A stretch of DNA of 64,000 nt from Octopus bimaculoides (lineage: Eukaryota), in contig NC_068981.1 in NCBI RefSeq assembly GCF_001194135.2, positions 8,703,662 to 8,767,661 of the forward strand. The letters are read 5' to 3'. Made by a program: the position numbers and the translations under genes. The notes below the pieces were generated by a model. That model did not search any database. It was not told the DNA's origin and saw nothing but the letters and a program-made list of their open reading frames with translations. Positions 1-13,092 of the stretch are shown one piece after another; the first letter of the stretch is position 1; every line of letters begins with the position of its first letter.

Positions 1-593
1 AAAGTCTAAGAGAAGAAATGACCGATGTTTGTGTGCAGATCCTTCAGATGTCCCCAGAGTGACGCGCACTAAGTTTCCAGCAACTGAAATGGTTTTAGAA
101 TTGGTGAGTAACGAAAGTCATCCTACCAACACACATCTTTCCTCAGAGTCTTAGAATTGATGTTGATGGAGAGATGAGGTGCTGGAGACAGTTGTTAAGC
201 TCTGAATGAATGAAGTACGCAATGGAAGGCTAAATGTATTTCAACAAAGCCCAAGAATAGACGTCAGATAAGCTTTACGATCTTGAAGCACCAAACTTGT
301 GGCTTCCAGATTTGCCATATTTAAATCCCATAGACTTCTACGTTTGGAGTTTTGGTGAAAGGGAGAATAACCGACATCTTCCACTGAAGGCTGCCATTGC
401 CCAGGTGACGTCCGAAGTGAATAAGGACCTTTTAGCGCAGGCATGGCAACGATTCTGGTCTCACATTGAAACAGTCATCAAAGCCGAAGATAGATTCACA
501 GAATAATCTTTGAAGAATGCTTATCAATCTTTGCGAGATTAGAGTTGTTTTATTAAATTAGCAAATATGTTCTCATACAACTCTCGCACCCTG
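1..593 (+). mobile_element. Decayed Tc1/mariner-superfamily (maT/DD37D-like) transposon, C-terminal transposase plus right end; truncated by window start
   Basis: Frameshifted translation RRNDRCLCADPSDVPRVTRTKFPATEMVL...EVLETVVK, then WLPDLPYLNPIDFYVW...LKAAI...RFWSHIETVIKAEDRFTE (WPPxSPDLNPLDYxVW motif). Ends in CACCCTG (587-593), the reverse complement of a CAGGGTG TIR start. Confidence 0.85.
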
Positions 594-661
594 TTTGCAT
601 GGGCGTATATATGCGTGTATGTATGCATGTATATACTTATACATACATATATCATAAAGAA

Positions 662-708
<47 letters not shown>

Positions 709-957
709 CTGGCAGACAAATAGATATACAAGTGCATATATAAACACATACACACAAATATACATACACACATACATACATACACCCACAAATACAAACG
801 CACACAAGCACATATGTGTGTAAATAAAAATTACATAAATGTTTAATAAGAGAGTTTGTGTACACAGATGCATGCATATATCATTATGCATATCTATTTG
901 TGTCTATGTATATATGCATGTGTATTGATGTATCTTTTATGCATATTTATTGGTGTG

Positions 958-1000
<43 letters not shown>

Positions 1001-2276
1001 NNNNNNNNNNNNNNNNNNNNNNNNNNNNNNNNNNNNNNNNNNNNNNNNNNNNNNNNNNNNNNNNNNNNNNNNNNNNNNNNNNNNNNNNNNNNNNNNNNNN
1101 NNNNNNNNNNNNNNNNNNNNNNNNNNNNNNNNNNNNNNNNNNNNNNNNNNNNNNNNNNNNNNNNNNNNNNNNNNNNNNNNNNNNNNNNNNNNNNNNNNNN
1201 NNNNNNNNNNNNNNNNNNNNNNNNNNNNNNNNNNNNNNNNNNNNNNNNNNNNNNNNNNNNNNNNNNNNNNNNNNNNNNNNNNNNNNNNNNNNNNNNNNNN
1301 NNNNNNNNNNNNNNNNNNNNNNNNNNNNNNNNNNNNNNNNNNNNNNNNNNNNNNNNNNNNNNNNNNNNNNNNNNNNNNNNNNNNNNNNNNNNNNNNNNNN
1401 NNNNNNNNNNNNNNNNNNNNNNNNNNNNNNNNNNNNNNNNNNNNNNNNNNNNNNNNNNNNNNNNNNNNNNNNNNNNNNNNNNNNNNNNNNNNNNNNNNNN
1501 NNNNNNNNNNNNNNNNNNNNNNNNNNNNNNNNNNNNNNNNNNNNNNNNNNNNNNNNNNNNNNNNNNNNNNNNNNNNNNNNNNNNNNNNNNNNNNNNNNNN
1601 NNNNNNNNNNNNNNNNNNNNNNNNNNNNNNNNNNNNNNNNNNNNNNNNNNNNNNNNNNNTACATACACATACATATTTACACACGTACACATATGGTGTG
1701 TGCATGTATATAAATATGTGGATATATTTAAACAAAAAGAAAACGTTCATTTTTTTTATGACATCCTATTTTTAGTCAGTGAATTATCTCAAATCTATCT
1801 TTAACGTTACGATGCTATGTAAGATGTCTACCAGATACTTTGATTCTAAGAAGGAGCCCCTCAAAACGTTTATTCCTCGCTATAACCATCCAGGAAAATG
1901 ACAATAAATGCTTGACACATCACTAAGAACTTTTCCCAGATGACTTTTACTTTAATAATAGAATTTACGCAGAGAGAGAAACCACAGCTGTTCGTTTCTT
2001 TATTATTAATTCATCAACGATGTCTTCCCGAACCAGCAGACGATCGTTGAAACAGTAGCCGTTAGGTGAGTAGTATTGGATGGATAAATGGATAGATGCT
2101 GTTGTGGAAGGATTCCGACCACCCCACGAGTGATTAAAGGATGTATGTTGGATATATAACATGCATACACAGTTAGATAGGACGTAGGCTTGGGGTAGAC
2201 AGGCAGACAGACAGACAGGTAGATAGATAGGCAGACAGACAGACAGATGGATAGATAGGTAGACAGAGAGACAGAC

Positions 2277-2324
<48 letters not shown>

Positions 2325-2665
2325 TAAAAAATCAGTGCTATAGGTTGGCCATTATCGAGACGCAGTGAATTACTGTAAGAATTATTAGCAATCTCTTTGA
2401 CCTCAACAAGGGTTGCCATTTGTCGTTGTTAGTAAACTTCAAAAATAATGGTCGAACAACCTGGAATCATCTTGACCTCTTATTTGAAATTAAAGGCCTA
2501 CTTTTTGAAGTCAATGTTGCCTGGTGGTTACGTCACATGCTCATGCTGGTTGGAGGGGTGTAGTGAAACGTTATGTTATTGCCTGTGAACTGCTTGACTG
2601 AAACTGCTTTCCTGGTGGGGATATAGAAACAAAAGCTTAAGGACGACGAACAACGATTTGTAAGT

Positions 2666-2716
<51 letters not shown>

Positions 2717-4269
2717 CGCGCGCATATAAGAGTGCATGTGTGTATGTGTGTATGTGAGTGTGTATAATTATGCGTGTGCATATGTATAAGTGATGTTGAT
2801 GAAAGTAAGAAATAAGAAAACAATGTATAAGTTTCGGTTTTATTAAACCTCTTCAGTAAAACAAACTATTTACTCGAGTAGAATGGCGGGCCCTTTTCCT
2901 TTTGCACCTAAAAGTCAGTAATATATTCGATTCCTTCGTTATAATTTTACACTCCTGATATGATATTACCTACAATATTGTACCTGCTGGGAAGGCAAAG
3001 AGTTGGCAGCAACATCAACATCAACAGGGTATTTTGTACTAAACAAAACTTTTTTCCTGAAGCATGCAAAGGTTCGTGAAACCAAGATAAAATTATTCGA
3101 AGAACGAAAAACTGAATATCAACATATCGATATGTCCATTCATTCTTAATGTTAAGAATGGGTGAACACTTGAACGTGAATGTGGTCCATCGCCCAAAGG
3201 TCGGGTGTCCTAGTTGTCCATTTTATGCTTATACACATTGTCGTTCACCGATACGCCACCCAACAGCGAACAACCATATTCAAACCCGAAATTGGAGGGA
3301 CGCCATTCCTTTCGTATTTTCCTCATTCCTAAAAGAAACCGGAAAATGTAGAACAGGCAACAACAGCCGTGATTCTTCGGTTACTCGTGCTTCTTTGTCT
3401 TCTGTTGGTGAGATCGGGGGTGTGGGGTTGGTGTGGAGATTTGGTTTTGCCACGCTGGTGTATGTCTTCGTCTTTGTGGGGGAAGGGCATGAGTGGAAGT
3501 ACTAAATCTTAAAAAAGGAAAACATAGGGCGCGCAACATGTTGTCATACTTGGCTCAAGTATAATTTGTGTCTTTTAACGTAAACCAGCAACACTAAGAG
3601 ACATGTGCATGGCAACACAGCAACTTGAGGATTAATTTCAAAATGGAAAATATAGTAAAAGAAAAAGTCGACACCAAGCCAACGTTGGCGACAGCGACGA
3701 AGACGCCGATAACAACAATAACAACACCAACAACAGTAGTCGGGGCTGTCATTTATTTTTGCTGATAAGAAGCTAGCAACAACTGAAACCCAATTATTTT
3801 ATTCAATTCTTGTGGCTACTGTGGTTTACTGAATTATTAAGATTAAGTAAACTTAATGTTGTACAACTAATACTTGAAAACGGAATGCTTTTCTGTGTCA
3901 TTGAATGTGTCCATTATCGCCATTAAAGTGAGATATTCATAAATAAACAGCTTCAAATTATTCCTCTTTCTTTTCATTAGTTCCAACAAAATGAAACTGC
4001 GTGTCTTAATTAATAATATTAATCATTATTTCTTATTTAATTTACTTGTTTCGTTAAGTTGTTGTACGCTGAATTTAACCCCAGATGTTAGACGAGAAAA
4101 AAAGCTATCGTTGAAAATATTCTACTTTCGTGTAGAATCAGTCACTTTTTTTCATCAAAGATCTTCATGCGTTAAGCCTTCGTATAGTCGTCTCTATTAC
4201 TACACCAGTTATTACAACGGGTCCTCGTCCCTCAGTATGGGTTGCATTTAAACTACATTAACTAAAACA

Positions 4270-5215
4270 TTTTAGTATAACGATTGTTTCATTGAAAACA
4301 CCGGAAACTTTTATTTGACATATGAATATAAGTACTAACATAGATTGATATTTCCTGTTCCTGGATTGCAAACGCATACCCTTCAAAGAGGGTGGTAGTA
4401 ATCCGGTTGTTGGCCCATGCTAGACTTCTCTGATGATCGATGTTACTATCATCTCGAAGCTTTCTACTAATATATCCATTCTTTGTCTTCTGCTCATATA
4501 CGCTCATCCTTTCATCTGATGATACATTGCGGTAGTCATGCGACTTCTTTGGAAATGTCTTCTAGGTTATCAGACAAGGAATGCTACTTAAGGAGCTGCC
4601 TTCCAAGTCTTATGATGTTATCAGCCTAAAGTATGCAAACTTGGTCAAGGGATGCACTTCGACACTTGGTGGTTAATAGATGTTACCGAAGGGATACGAT
4701 ACGACATTCAAGGGCAATTTGGGTCGATGTTAAGCCTTATTTTCGTTTTAGGTAGAGGCAGTATGCTGGTTAGTATCATCGGAATTTTCAAATCAATGGA
4801 TCGGATCTCGCCAAGCGTCCAATCAAGCTGCCCAAATGTTGGTATGAGTACTGGTACTGCAAACACATTGTGAGCCACTGTTATATTGAATGCAGAGAAT
4901 TCCGAGGTCTAAATATTCTTTATTCGGCTGTAATATTCTTTAGTGACATTTGTTTTGTGGTAGGTGCCATTGTAAGATATGCTTTCATCCACCCTTAGAT
5001 ACCTGTAACATTCCTCATCAGATACAGGGCAAACAGTTAAGCCATTGATGTTGCTACTCTGGTTTACACTTTTCCTCTTTTCACAGTTATATAGCAACAT
5101 TCTTCCTGACCAAATTCTAGCTCTATATCCTTTAAGAATGTTGTAACCAGGTCAAGGTTCTTTTTTATTTCATGCATATTCTTTGCATATAATTTCCAGT
5201 CATCCACAAAGAAAC
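4270..5215 (-). mobile_element. R4/Dong-type non-LTR retrotransposon fragment (RT C-terminal half and post-RT region), decayed
   Basis: Minus-strand peptides PVSDEECYRYLRVDESISY, NVFAVPVLIPTFGQLDWTLGEIRSIDLK and FEGYAFAIQEQEI; homologous to the copy at 32560-34110. Confidence 0.85.
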
Positions 5216-5280
5216 GGTGTGTAATATATGTGTGTTTGTATGACGTTATTTAGTAATTTCAAGATGTCTTGCTAATAGAG

Positions 5281-5530
5281 TAAGAACCGGTTTCTAACCT
5301 AGATCCAAGGTTCCTTCATTGGAAGTTGAACAATATCAACAGGGGCTTGTATGTATGCATGTATGTATGTATGTATGTATGTATGTATGTATGTGTTTGT
5401 GTGTGTATGTATGTGTGTGTATGTATGTATATGTGTGTGTATATGTGTATGTGTGCATGTATGTATGTATCTATGTATGTATGTAGATTGGAATTTCAAC
5501 ATCAACAGGGTATTTTGTGTGATTGTATGT
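5281..5530 (-). repeat. Dispersed repeat end joined to a (TATG)n microsatellite
   Basis: TTTCTAACCTAGATCCAAGGTTCCTTCATTGGAA recurs as TTTCTAACTTAGATACAAGATTCCTTCATTGGAA near 10305-10340, again followed by (TATG)n. AACATCAACAGGGTATTTTG recurs near 5497 and 3016. Confidence 0.6.
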
Positions 5531-5619
5531 ATGTGTGCAGATTTGTATGTTTTGCTTTATATATATATTCTCATACACATAGTTGCATATCTAGACATAC
5601 TCAAATATACTTAAATGAT

Positions 5620-6085
5620 TAACTTCAAGAAAGATTTACAGATTCTTACAATTCCAGTGATAGCTTGCATCTGTATTCTTCAAATCAGCTTTTTCTTTCC
5701 TAGTTTTGAGAAGCCTAATTTCTCAAGATTGGTACTTAGGCAATGCAACATATCCCAGTGCTCCAATAATTCCAGGTATAAACCTGAACTTGTAATCCAG
5801 ATAGAGTAAATGTAGATTTCTTAATAGTTCAGCGTAGGCATTTTCTTTACCACTGATCTTTGTTAACATTTGCTGGGCGGCTGATTTCAAGGATTGTACA
5901 CAGTTTCTCTTCTCTAACCCAAATCATTATATCAGGTCTATTTCGCTTACATTTTATTGAGGCTTTCCCTGGGACATTGCACCAGTACTCCTTATTATAA
6001 GTAACCTATGACCTCTATCATACTGTGGCTTCTTATTTCTTTCACCTCAGGGTTATCCTTCCGACGTATCACATTATACAGTATC
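5620..6085 (-). mobile_element. R4/Dong-type LINE 3' end (restriction-like endonuclease), decayed
   Basis: Minus-strand RNRPDIMIWVREEKLCTILEISRP and YKFRFIPGIIGALGYVA: PD-(D/E)xK RLE and IGALG motifs. Confidence 0.8.
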
Positions 6086-6104
6086 TGTCTGTTTGTCTGT
6101 CACA

Positions 6105-6151
<47 letters not shown>

Positions 6152-6154
6152 GTA

Positions 6155-6185
<31 letters not shown>

Positions 6186-6309
6186 ATATGTGTGTGTATA
6201 TATGTGCGTATGTATCTTTGTATCTATGCATTTGTATGCGCGCGGCAATATGTGTTTGTGTGTATGCATGTATGTATGTAGGTATATATGTATGTGTACG
6301 CACACATAT

Positions 6310-6550
6310 ATGGCCGCGGACGTCCGCCCTTTGACAGGTTTTGCTTTTTGTCCTGCGGGTTGTCTACCGAAAACTCAAACCCGACTCCTTACTAAACAGG
6401 TTTGGCAGGGTTGTCGGTTTAATCGCCGACTAAACAACAATTAGAGATTTAGAAGAGATAAAGTTTGGAGGTGATAAAGAGATCAAAGACTGTTTAGGAT
6501 TTCAGTGTGTCGATAATCTGTTGGGCGGGGGTGGGGGTGTAAAGGGTGAA
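6310..6550. promoter_or_regulatory. Possible cis-regulatory island
   Basis: CpG-rich unique sequence with TCF-type CCTTTGA (6328) and AGATCAAAG (6480), three GATAA motifs, a GC box inside a G-quadruplex-type run (6523-6546) and the palindrome GCGGACGTCCGC. Motif evidence only. Confidence 0.25.
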
Positions 6551-6735
6551 GAAAGTTGAGGATCGGAAAAGATTCGGTTTCTTCACTGACAGCTTTATAC
6601 GGCGAACGAATGTGAGAAGAACAAGAAATGTGGAAGCGAGCGTCGGTTGTGAGTTTGGAAACGGGTGAACTATAAGAAATATGTCTTTAATGCAAGACGA
6701 GATATTGTCCAAAAATGTGTTAGTTTCAACAGTTA

Positions 6736-6776
<41 letters not shown>

Positions 6777-7719
6777 GAGAACGAGAGAGGGAGAGAGAGA
6801 GAGAGAGGGGCAGGGAGAGAGAGAGAGAGGGAGAGAGGGAGAGGGAGNNNNNNNNNNNNNNNNNNNNNNNNNNNNNNNNNNNNNNNNNNNNNNNNGAGAG
6901 AGAGAGGGAGAGAGAGAGAGAGAGAGAGGGGGAGAGAGAGAGAGAGGGAGAGAGAGAGAGGGAGAGAGAGAGAAAGGGTACAGATACTTTGGAGTAAAAG
7001 GAGGAAGGAGACTTTGAGCCAAAGTAAATGAGGTGTGGGATGAATAACGGGGAGGGTGGAGTCTATGTAAGTGCAGACATAACTTATTTCACTGCAAGCT
7101 TTTAATTGCACTAAATTCCACATATTTTAGTCCACCGAGATTAAGTAGCAGAACATTTAAAGTTATCGAATTAATTAAATGCCTGGGAATTAACTAATTA
7201 TTTATGTAAGTATATGAGATTAATGGTAAAAAGAAAGTCTTATGTTCACTTTTAGTCAGTGGTGGTGATGGTGGTGGTTGTGTAGTCTCATTGTGTGGTG
7301 GTTGAATTCAACAACGCATCAACATGTACAGTTCATTTGATGGGCTTCTGTACAGTTTCCTTGACATTCCTTTGAACAACCTGAAGTTATGATAGAAGAC
7401 TCTTTCTCGAAATGTTGAGCAACAGGATCGATCTCTAGAACCTCATAACTCGGAGATGACAATACTCGCGTTCAGTTGACAGTGACAGTGACATCTCCTA
7501 TGGAAGGCCAACGTCTTCTTTTTCATCCACTTCACGTTATGGAACCTGGAGATAAAAACATCCGCAATGTTTCTTTATGTTTCGGGAAAGAATTATTTTC
7601 CCTTTTTTTAAAATTGTTTTTCGTTGAGGCGCGGCTGAAATTTAACCTTTCAAGTGAGAAGTCACTGAAGCGGAACAAGAAATCTTGGTATTTTAAATGT
7701 TGTCAAACATAGTCTAGTG

Positions 7720-8185
7720 CAAGTCAGGTGAGAAGACCGCCTTTTTCGAATACCTGACACGCAACTCCCCAAAAGACTGTTTTATAACAAACTGGTGGGA
7801 GGCAAGCGCACGCAAGGTGGACAGAAAAAAACGTTTCAAGGATATACTCAAAGCCTCACTGGAGTGCTTTGAGATCAACCCCAAAATATGGGGAAGGCAA
7901 GCACAAAACTGTGCTGCCTGGTGAAGCTGCACCAACAGAGGTGCCACCTCCTACACCCGGAACAGGGTCGAAAGAACACAAAGAAAACGCGAACTACGCA
8001 AATCCAGATCCAACTCCTTGCCTTCATTCCCAGCAGACCACCTGTGCCTGATCTGTAGCAGAGCCTTCAGAGCACACATCGGACTGATTGGCCACAGACG
8101 GACACACCGTGCCCTGTTTTCTTTACCCATATGATGTCCTTTGTCATCGTCGACAACGACGGATGTATTAATAATAATGGCTTCA
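7720..8185 (+). mobile_element. RTE-clade LINE 3' end with terminal C2H2 zinc finger
   Basis: PDTQLPKRLFYNKLVGGKRTQGGQKKRFKDILKASLECFEINP..W then CLICSRAFRAHIGLIGHRRTH, followed by a short 3' UTR and (AAT) tail. Confidence 0.9.
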
Positions 8186-8414
8186 TGACCGACATAGTAA
8201 GTCTCGGAGTTTCGCCTGTATGATCAGGTTGCCAGCTTTCCTTCTCGTCCAAATACTTATATATGATAGATAACAATCCTATCTATATCTCATCGGTGTC
8301 GATGACTGTATCCAAATAAAAGATATCTGAAGTGTGTAATTAATAATGGATGAATGTTTGTATGCAGAGAAGAAAATGAAACAATATTTTCGAGAGTAAT
8401 AAATAATAACAAAC

Positions 8415-8417
<3 letters not shown>

Positions 8418-8488
<71 letters not shown>
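8418..8488. repeat. (GA)n microsatellite; one of dozens of GA/CA/TA/TATG/AGAT tracts in the window
   Basis: Directly visible. Other long examples: (TG)n about 31157-31307, (GA)n about 37315-37418 and 45797-45868. Confidence 0.98.
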
Positions 8489-8492
<4 letters not shown>

Positions 8493-8914
8493 AAATTATT
8501 GATAGCAATGAGTGGCAGATCCCGATAAACATAAACTCTGTCGATGAGACCACTAAGATTTCTGTAAACATGACAAATGGAATGATTGCTTTGATAATAG
8601 CAACAGCTGCGAGTTCACTACCGAAGACAAATACCAGAAGGTTTGCACATGGTGGTGCAAAAATAAAAAGGAAGAAAGAAATCAATAAGCACAGGATGGT
8701 CACCTGCACAAAACAGGCGACAGCGCTGGTCGTTGATGAGATTATTTTTATTTTTATCTTTACTTCTCCTGTCGCTTTGTTAGCAGTTGCAGGCGACAAC
8801 ATTTCTGTCCGCTGTCGTTTGGAAGCAATTCTCTTTTATTCTCGCCTGGAACCATAGAAAATCGTCGATGAAAGAAATAAACTCATCGAACTGCTCATTA
8901 CTTGCTACACATAT

Positions 8915-8967
<53 letters not shown>

Positions 8968-9689
8968 TTCACTCTCTCTTTCTCTGTCCATCTCTCCCTC
9001 TCAGTCTTCCCTTTTCTCTCTATTCTCTTTTTCTCTCTATTCTCCTTTTCTCTTCTCTTCTCTCTATTCTCTTTTTCTCTCTATTCTCCTTTTCTCTTCT
9101 CTTCTCTCTCTCTCTCTCTCTGATTCCATTTAGCTGCCACCGTAAATAGACGCCATCTTAGCCCCATCTCACCGCTGTCAATAAAGTCAGCAGTGTGGAT
9201 TGCATGAGTGCTTCGTTGGTTTATGATGCAGTGTCGATAGTTTCTGCCTGAGAGGTGCAGAAAGCAACGAGGAAAATTGTTTAGCTTACCTCAAACTGAA
9301 AATCGGGACATCGGTGACATAACTTCGACGTAAACGGTTACAAAGACAAGACGTTCAATAAGTTATAAGCTAATGAATTATGGGTAATTTTATAGACACC
9401 TTATTCTAAACCCGACAAAAAAAATCAATATATGTAACGAGAAGCTACTTTTTATGATGAATATTTCTCTTCCAAGTCTCTCTTGAAAAAAGTCAGCCCA
9501 TATCGAGCTTGGTTCGCATGGAGTTATTGTCCTCTCGAAATACTCGTTGAGGAATTCTTCACATGATCCCATGATCTTATTACCTTCACAGGTGACCCTA
9601 CACGTCATGTATTTATTTCTCTTTTTACTGTTCAATTGGTGTTGTTTAAGAGAGACGATGATGTACCCAAAGGCTGTGTGGACTGATCT

Positions 9690-9965
9690 TCTGCCTCTCT
9701 ACCTCCATCCATTCGTTTAACATGAATCCTGTCGGTGTCACTACCAGCTGTCTCTAGTATCTTCCCGAGTCCTTAGATCCAAGTTGCACATTTCTTCAAG
9801 TGTCCAGTCTGGTATTCCAAATGTTGGTACAAGCAATGTTTCTTCGTTTTGCCACAAAATATGAAAACTTATCCTGTACAAACTCCATTCTGCGAGAATA
9901 TCGTGACCAGTTCCGTTTCTTGGTATCATGACTATTACTTGAGTATAACATAAGGTCATCATCAA
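9690..9965 (-). mobile_element. R4/Dong-type LINE RT fragment with internal deletion
   Basis: Minus strand DDLMLYS (RT xDDL motif) then VPTFGIPDWTLEEMCNLDLRTR and DRIHVKRMDGGR. Confidence 0.75.
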
Positions 9966-10829
9966 AAAAAGTATGGATGAAGTTAATATTTCTCTAATCT
10001 GCCGATTCTTTTATGTAGCTTTAATATTTCCTTAACGGAGGGGTCACTGCTAGGACGAAAAACGTAACAGATAAACCGCATAGTCTACAGTCCCTGGCTA
10101 TTGGCTATAAGGCATTATCAGGCTTATCTGCAATTGCGTACATACGTATGTATGGTTATAAGCTTATATGTTTATATGTTAGATGTTATGTGTACATATA
10201 TGATATATATGTGCATACACATGTATATTTTTATATTTATAGGTATGTATGTTAATATGTTTTCTTGGCTTTATTATTTGAATTTCTGCCCAATGAAGAA
10301 AGAGTCAATTTCTAACTTAGATACAAGATTCCTTCATTGGAATTTAGACAAAATCAAACAGGTTAGTTTAGTATGTACGTATGCATGTATGTATGTATGT
10401 ATGTATGTATGTACGTACGAACGTATGTATGTATGTATGTATGTATGTATGTATGTATGTATGTATGTATGTATGCACGCACGCCCACATGCATGTATGT
10501 ATGTATGTGGACGGGCTGTAGATCTATACACGATTTTTTTACGAAGCTGAGATACAGCTGGATTTAGAAACATTCTTAGCTGATAATGGATGGAATTTCG
10601 CCAAAAGAAATGTTTATATTTGCCAGTTGAATGTCGAATAATTGTTTTTCAACCCCGAAACTTTTAAATCCCTAAACTTGTGAACCCACACACTGTTTCA
10701 CCCAATCAGAACTATAACTACCAAGCTATTGATAAAATATATATGATACAAAGAAAATTAATATATATATATATATATTATACATGTTGAGGTGTGAGGA
10801 ATTTCATGCTGGAACTTTTTAAGAAAAAG

Positions 10830-11110
10830 GATGGCAGTCGGAGTTTTTCTTTTACAACGAGGTAATATCCTACAATGCATTTAAAACATCAACACTAATT
10901 TCGATAATGAACTGGTCTATGGAGGAAATCTGCTCCATAGACAATAAAACTCACAAGATACCGACATCAGCTGCAAATTACCATTGAAACTGTGATAATG
11001 ACAGACTTTGAGAAGAAAAGAGAGGGAGGAAAAGGACGAAGGTCAATACAGACAGTGTATAACTGCACTCTGACATCACTCGGGCGTCACTGGCAAACAG
11101 TAAAAGCAAC
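10830..11110 (+). mobile_element. R4/Dong-type LINE post-RT fragment, decayed
   Basis: NWSMEEICSIDNKTHKI...DNDRL, then a degenerate EGGKG (NWTxEELxxIDxKTRK / DRLYxxRxEGGRG motifs). Confidence 0.65.
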
Positions 11111-11341
11111 AAATATAAAGACATTAAATTAGGCTCGGGAACAGGAGACGATGGGGAGGAGCAAGTGCAACTGCTAACCCCCCCCCCTTTTTTTTTGGTA
11201 GGGTTGGAGTTATGAAAATTCTTTGAATATCCTCCTGGAAAACTTCATCACTAAAACGAACAAATGTAGAAACATTTTTGGACTGGTTTGAAACATTACT
11301 TTCCGATTATTGGATTTATCTGATTGCATTAATCTATAAAT

Positions 11342-11388
<47 letters not shown>

Positions 11389-11419
11389 AATGATGATGAT
11401 GACGATCATGATGATGATG

Positions 11420-11451
<32 letters not shown>
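11342..11451. repeat. (GAT)n microsatellite
   Basis: Directly visible; gives the spurious poly-Asp run in ORF 11278-12207. Confidence 0.97.
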
Positions 11452-12330
11452 AGGAATGAAATAAAAAATCGAAAAGAGCATCATAAGAGTGAAGAAAAAA
11501 AATGCTTTCTAATTGATGTATCAATACCAGCAGATGACAACGTTTCCCTAAAAGAAATGGAGAAACTTTCAAAATACAAAGACCTGGAAATAGAGATAAC
11601 TCAAATGTGGAATCTAAAAACAGAAACAATTCCTATCATAGTAGGTGCCTTAGGTATAATAAAAAAATATTCAGACAAATACATAACAAAAACACCAGGA
11701 CTTACAAATACATATAACATACAGAAAATTGCACTATTGAGCACTGCACACATCCTACGCAAAACACTNNNNNNNNNNNNNNNNNNNNNNNNNNNNNNNN
11801 NNNNNNNNNNNNNNNNNNNNNNNNNNNNNNNNNNNNNNNNNNNNNNNNNNNNNNNNNNNNNNNNNNNNNNNNNNNNNNNNNNNNNNNNNNNNNNNNNNNN
11901 NNNNNNNNNNNNNAGTGAAGAAAAAAAATGCTTTCTAATTGATGTATCAATACCAGCAGATGACAACGTTTCCCTAAAAGAAATGGAGAAACTTTCAAAA
12001 TACAAAGACCTGGAAATAGAGATAACTCAAATGTGGAATCTAAAAACAGAAACAATTCCTATCATAGTAGGTGCCTTAGGTATAATAAAAAAATATTCAG
12101 ACAAATACATAACAAAAACACCAGGACTTACAAATATATATAACATACAGAAAATTGCACTACTGGGTACTGCACACATTCTACGCAAAACACTTTCAAT
12201 ACAGTAAACATAAGAGCACCACAGCAAACCACAGCACATACCCAAGGCGCACAGAGCTGCGCTCGGTAGTGAAGTGAAAGCACGTTATAAAAATAAAACT
12301 ACTGAACAATAATAATAATAATAATAATAA
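11452..12330 (+). mobile_element. R4/Dong-type LINE 3' end (RLE domain, 3' UTR, (AAT)n tail); sequence duplicated across an N gap
   Basis: KCFLIDVSIPADDNVSLKEMEKLSKYKDLEIEITQMWNLKTETIPIIVGALG...IQKIALLGTAHILRKTLSIQ-stop, then (AAT)n about 12308-12330. Confidence 0.92.
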
Positions 12331-12334
12331 GGAA

Positions 12335-12725
12335 GTCAAAGCTAAATGGTCCGGATCTAGTGAAGGTTGTAAATACTTGAGCAGTATCATTTCTTAGATA
12401 CTCAACATCTTTGTAGACTGAACAAAAAGTGAATTAGCAAAGCTGGTCGGAAGAACTAGGAAGGAATTCAACATAAATAGAGGACTGCAGCCAAGGGCAA
12501 GAGTAGCAAGATTATATCTACCGAGAAAGGAAGGCGGGAGAGGGCCAATATTAGTAGAAGAGTGCGTGGAGTTAATTAGAGTAAACATATACTCCTATGT
12601 CGGTAATAGTGAAGTTTATTGAAAGTTGTTAGAGTTACAAAAAGCATAAAAATAGGCATAAAACCTAGTTTAATACAAGTCCAGAAAACAGTGTTATTAG
12701 GGACAACTAGGATACTTAGCATCTA
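12335..12725 (+). mobile_element. R4/Dong-type LINE fragment, internally deleted
   Basis: WTKSELAKLVGRTRKEFNINRGLQPRARVARLYLPRKEGGRGPILVEECV, joined to the terminal QVQKTVLLGTTRIL motif. Confidence 0.8.
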
Positions 12726-12860
12726 GGATTCTTGGCATCGAAGGTTATTTGCTGTAACCCAATAGGAGGGTTCTTGGCTTTTAAGGCTACTTGTTGTCGT
12801 CTGATGTTAGGATTCTTTTCTTTTTCTAACAGTTTAAGCTGTTGAGTGTATATGATGATG

Positions 12861-12950
<90 letters not shown>

Positions 12951-13092
12951 GCCCGGATGCAGTACTTGGCAATGGCTTTCATGGTTTCTCATCTTAACTG
13001 ATTGGAAGTGTTATCATGTACATTGTTTTGTCTTGGTATAAAAGATGGGCTACAGCAAATATTCTGCTTAATACCACAGATTTGCTTGTCAG
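12951..13092 (+). repeat. Interspersed repeat, partial second copy of 16031-16576 (probable LINE 3' UTR)
   Basis: GGCTTTCATGGTTTCTCATCTTAACTGATTGGAAGTG...GATTTGCTTGTCAG is nearly identical to 16035-16154 and follows an (AAT)n tract (about 12860-12949). Confidence 0.85.

Noticed and set aside
8354-8857. 167-aa ORF
   Set aside because: Starts in a (GA)n tract; remainder has no recognisable domain or splice context.
11484-12198. Tandem duplication of about 285 bp of RLE sequence
   Set aside because: The copies flank an N gap and differ only at about 5 sites near the first contig end; most likely unmerged contig overlap. Long reads would settle it.
11278-12207. 309-aa ORF with poly-Asp and two nuclease-like repeats
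   Set aside because: A (GAT)n tract happens to be in frame with a LINE RLE fragment, and the ORF crosses an N gap.
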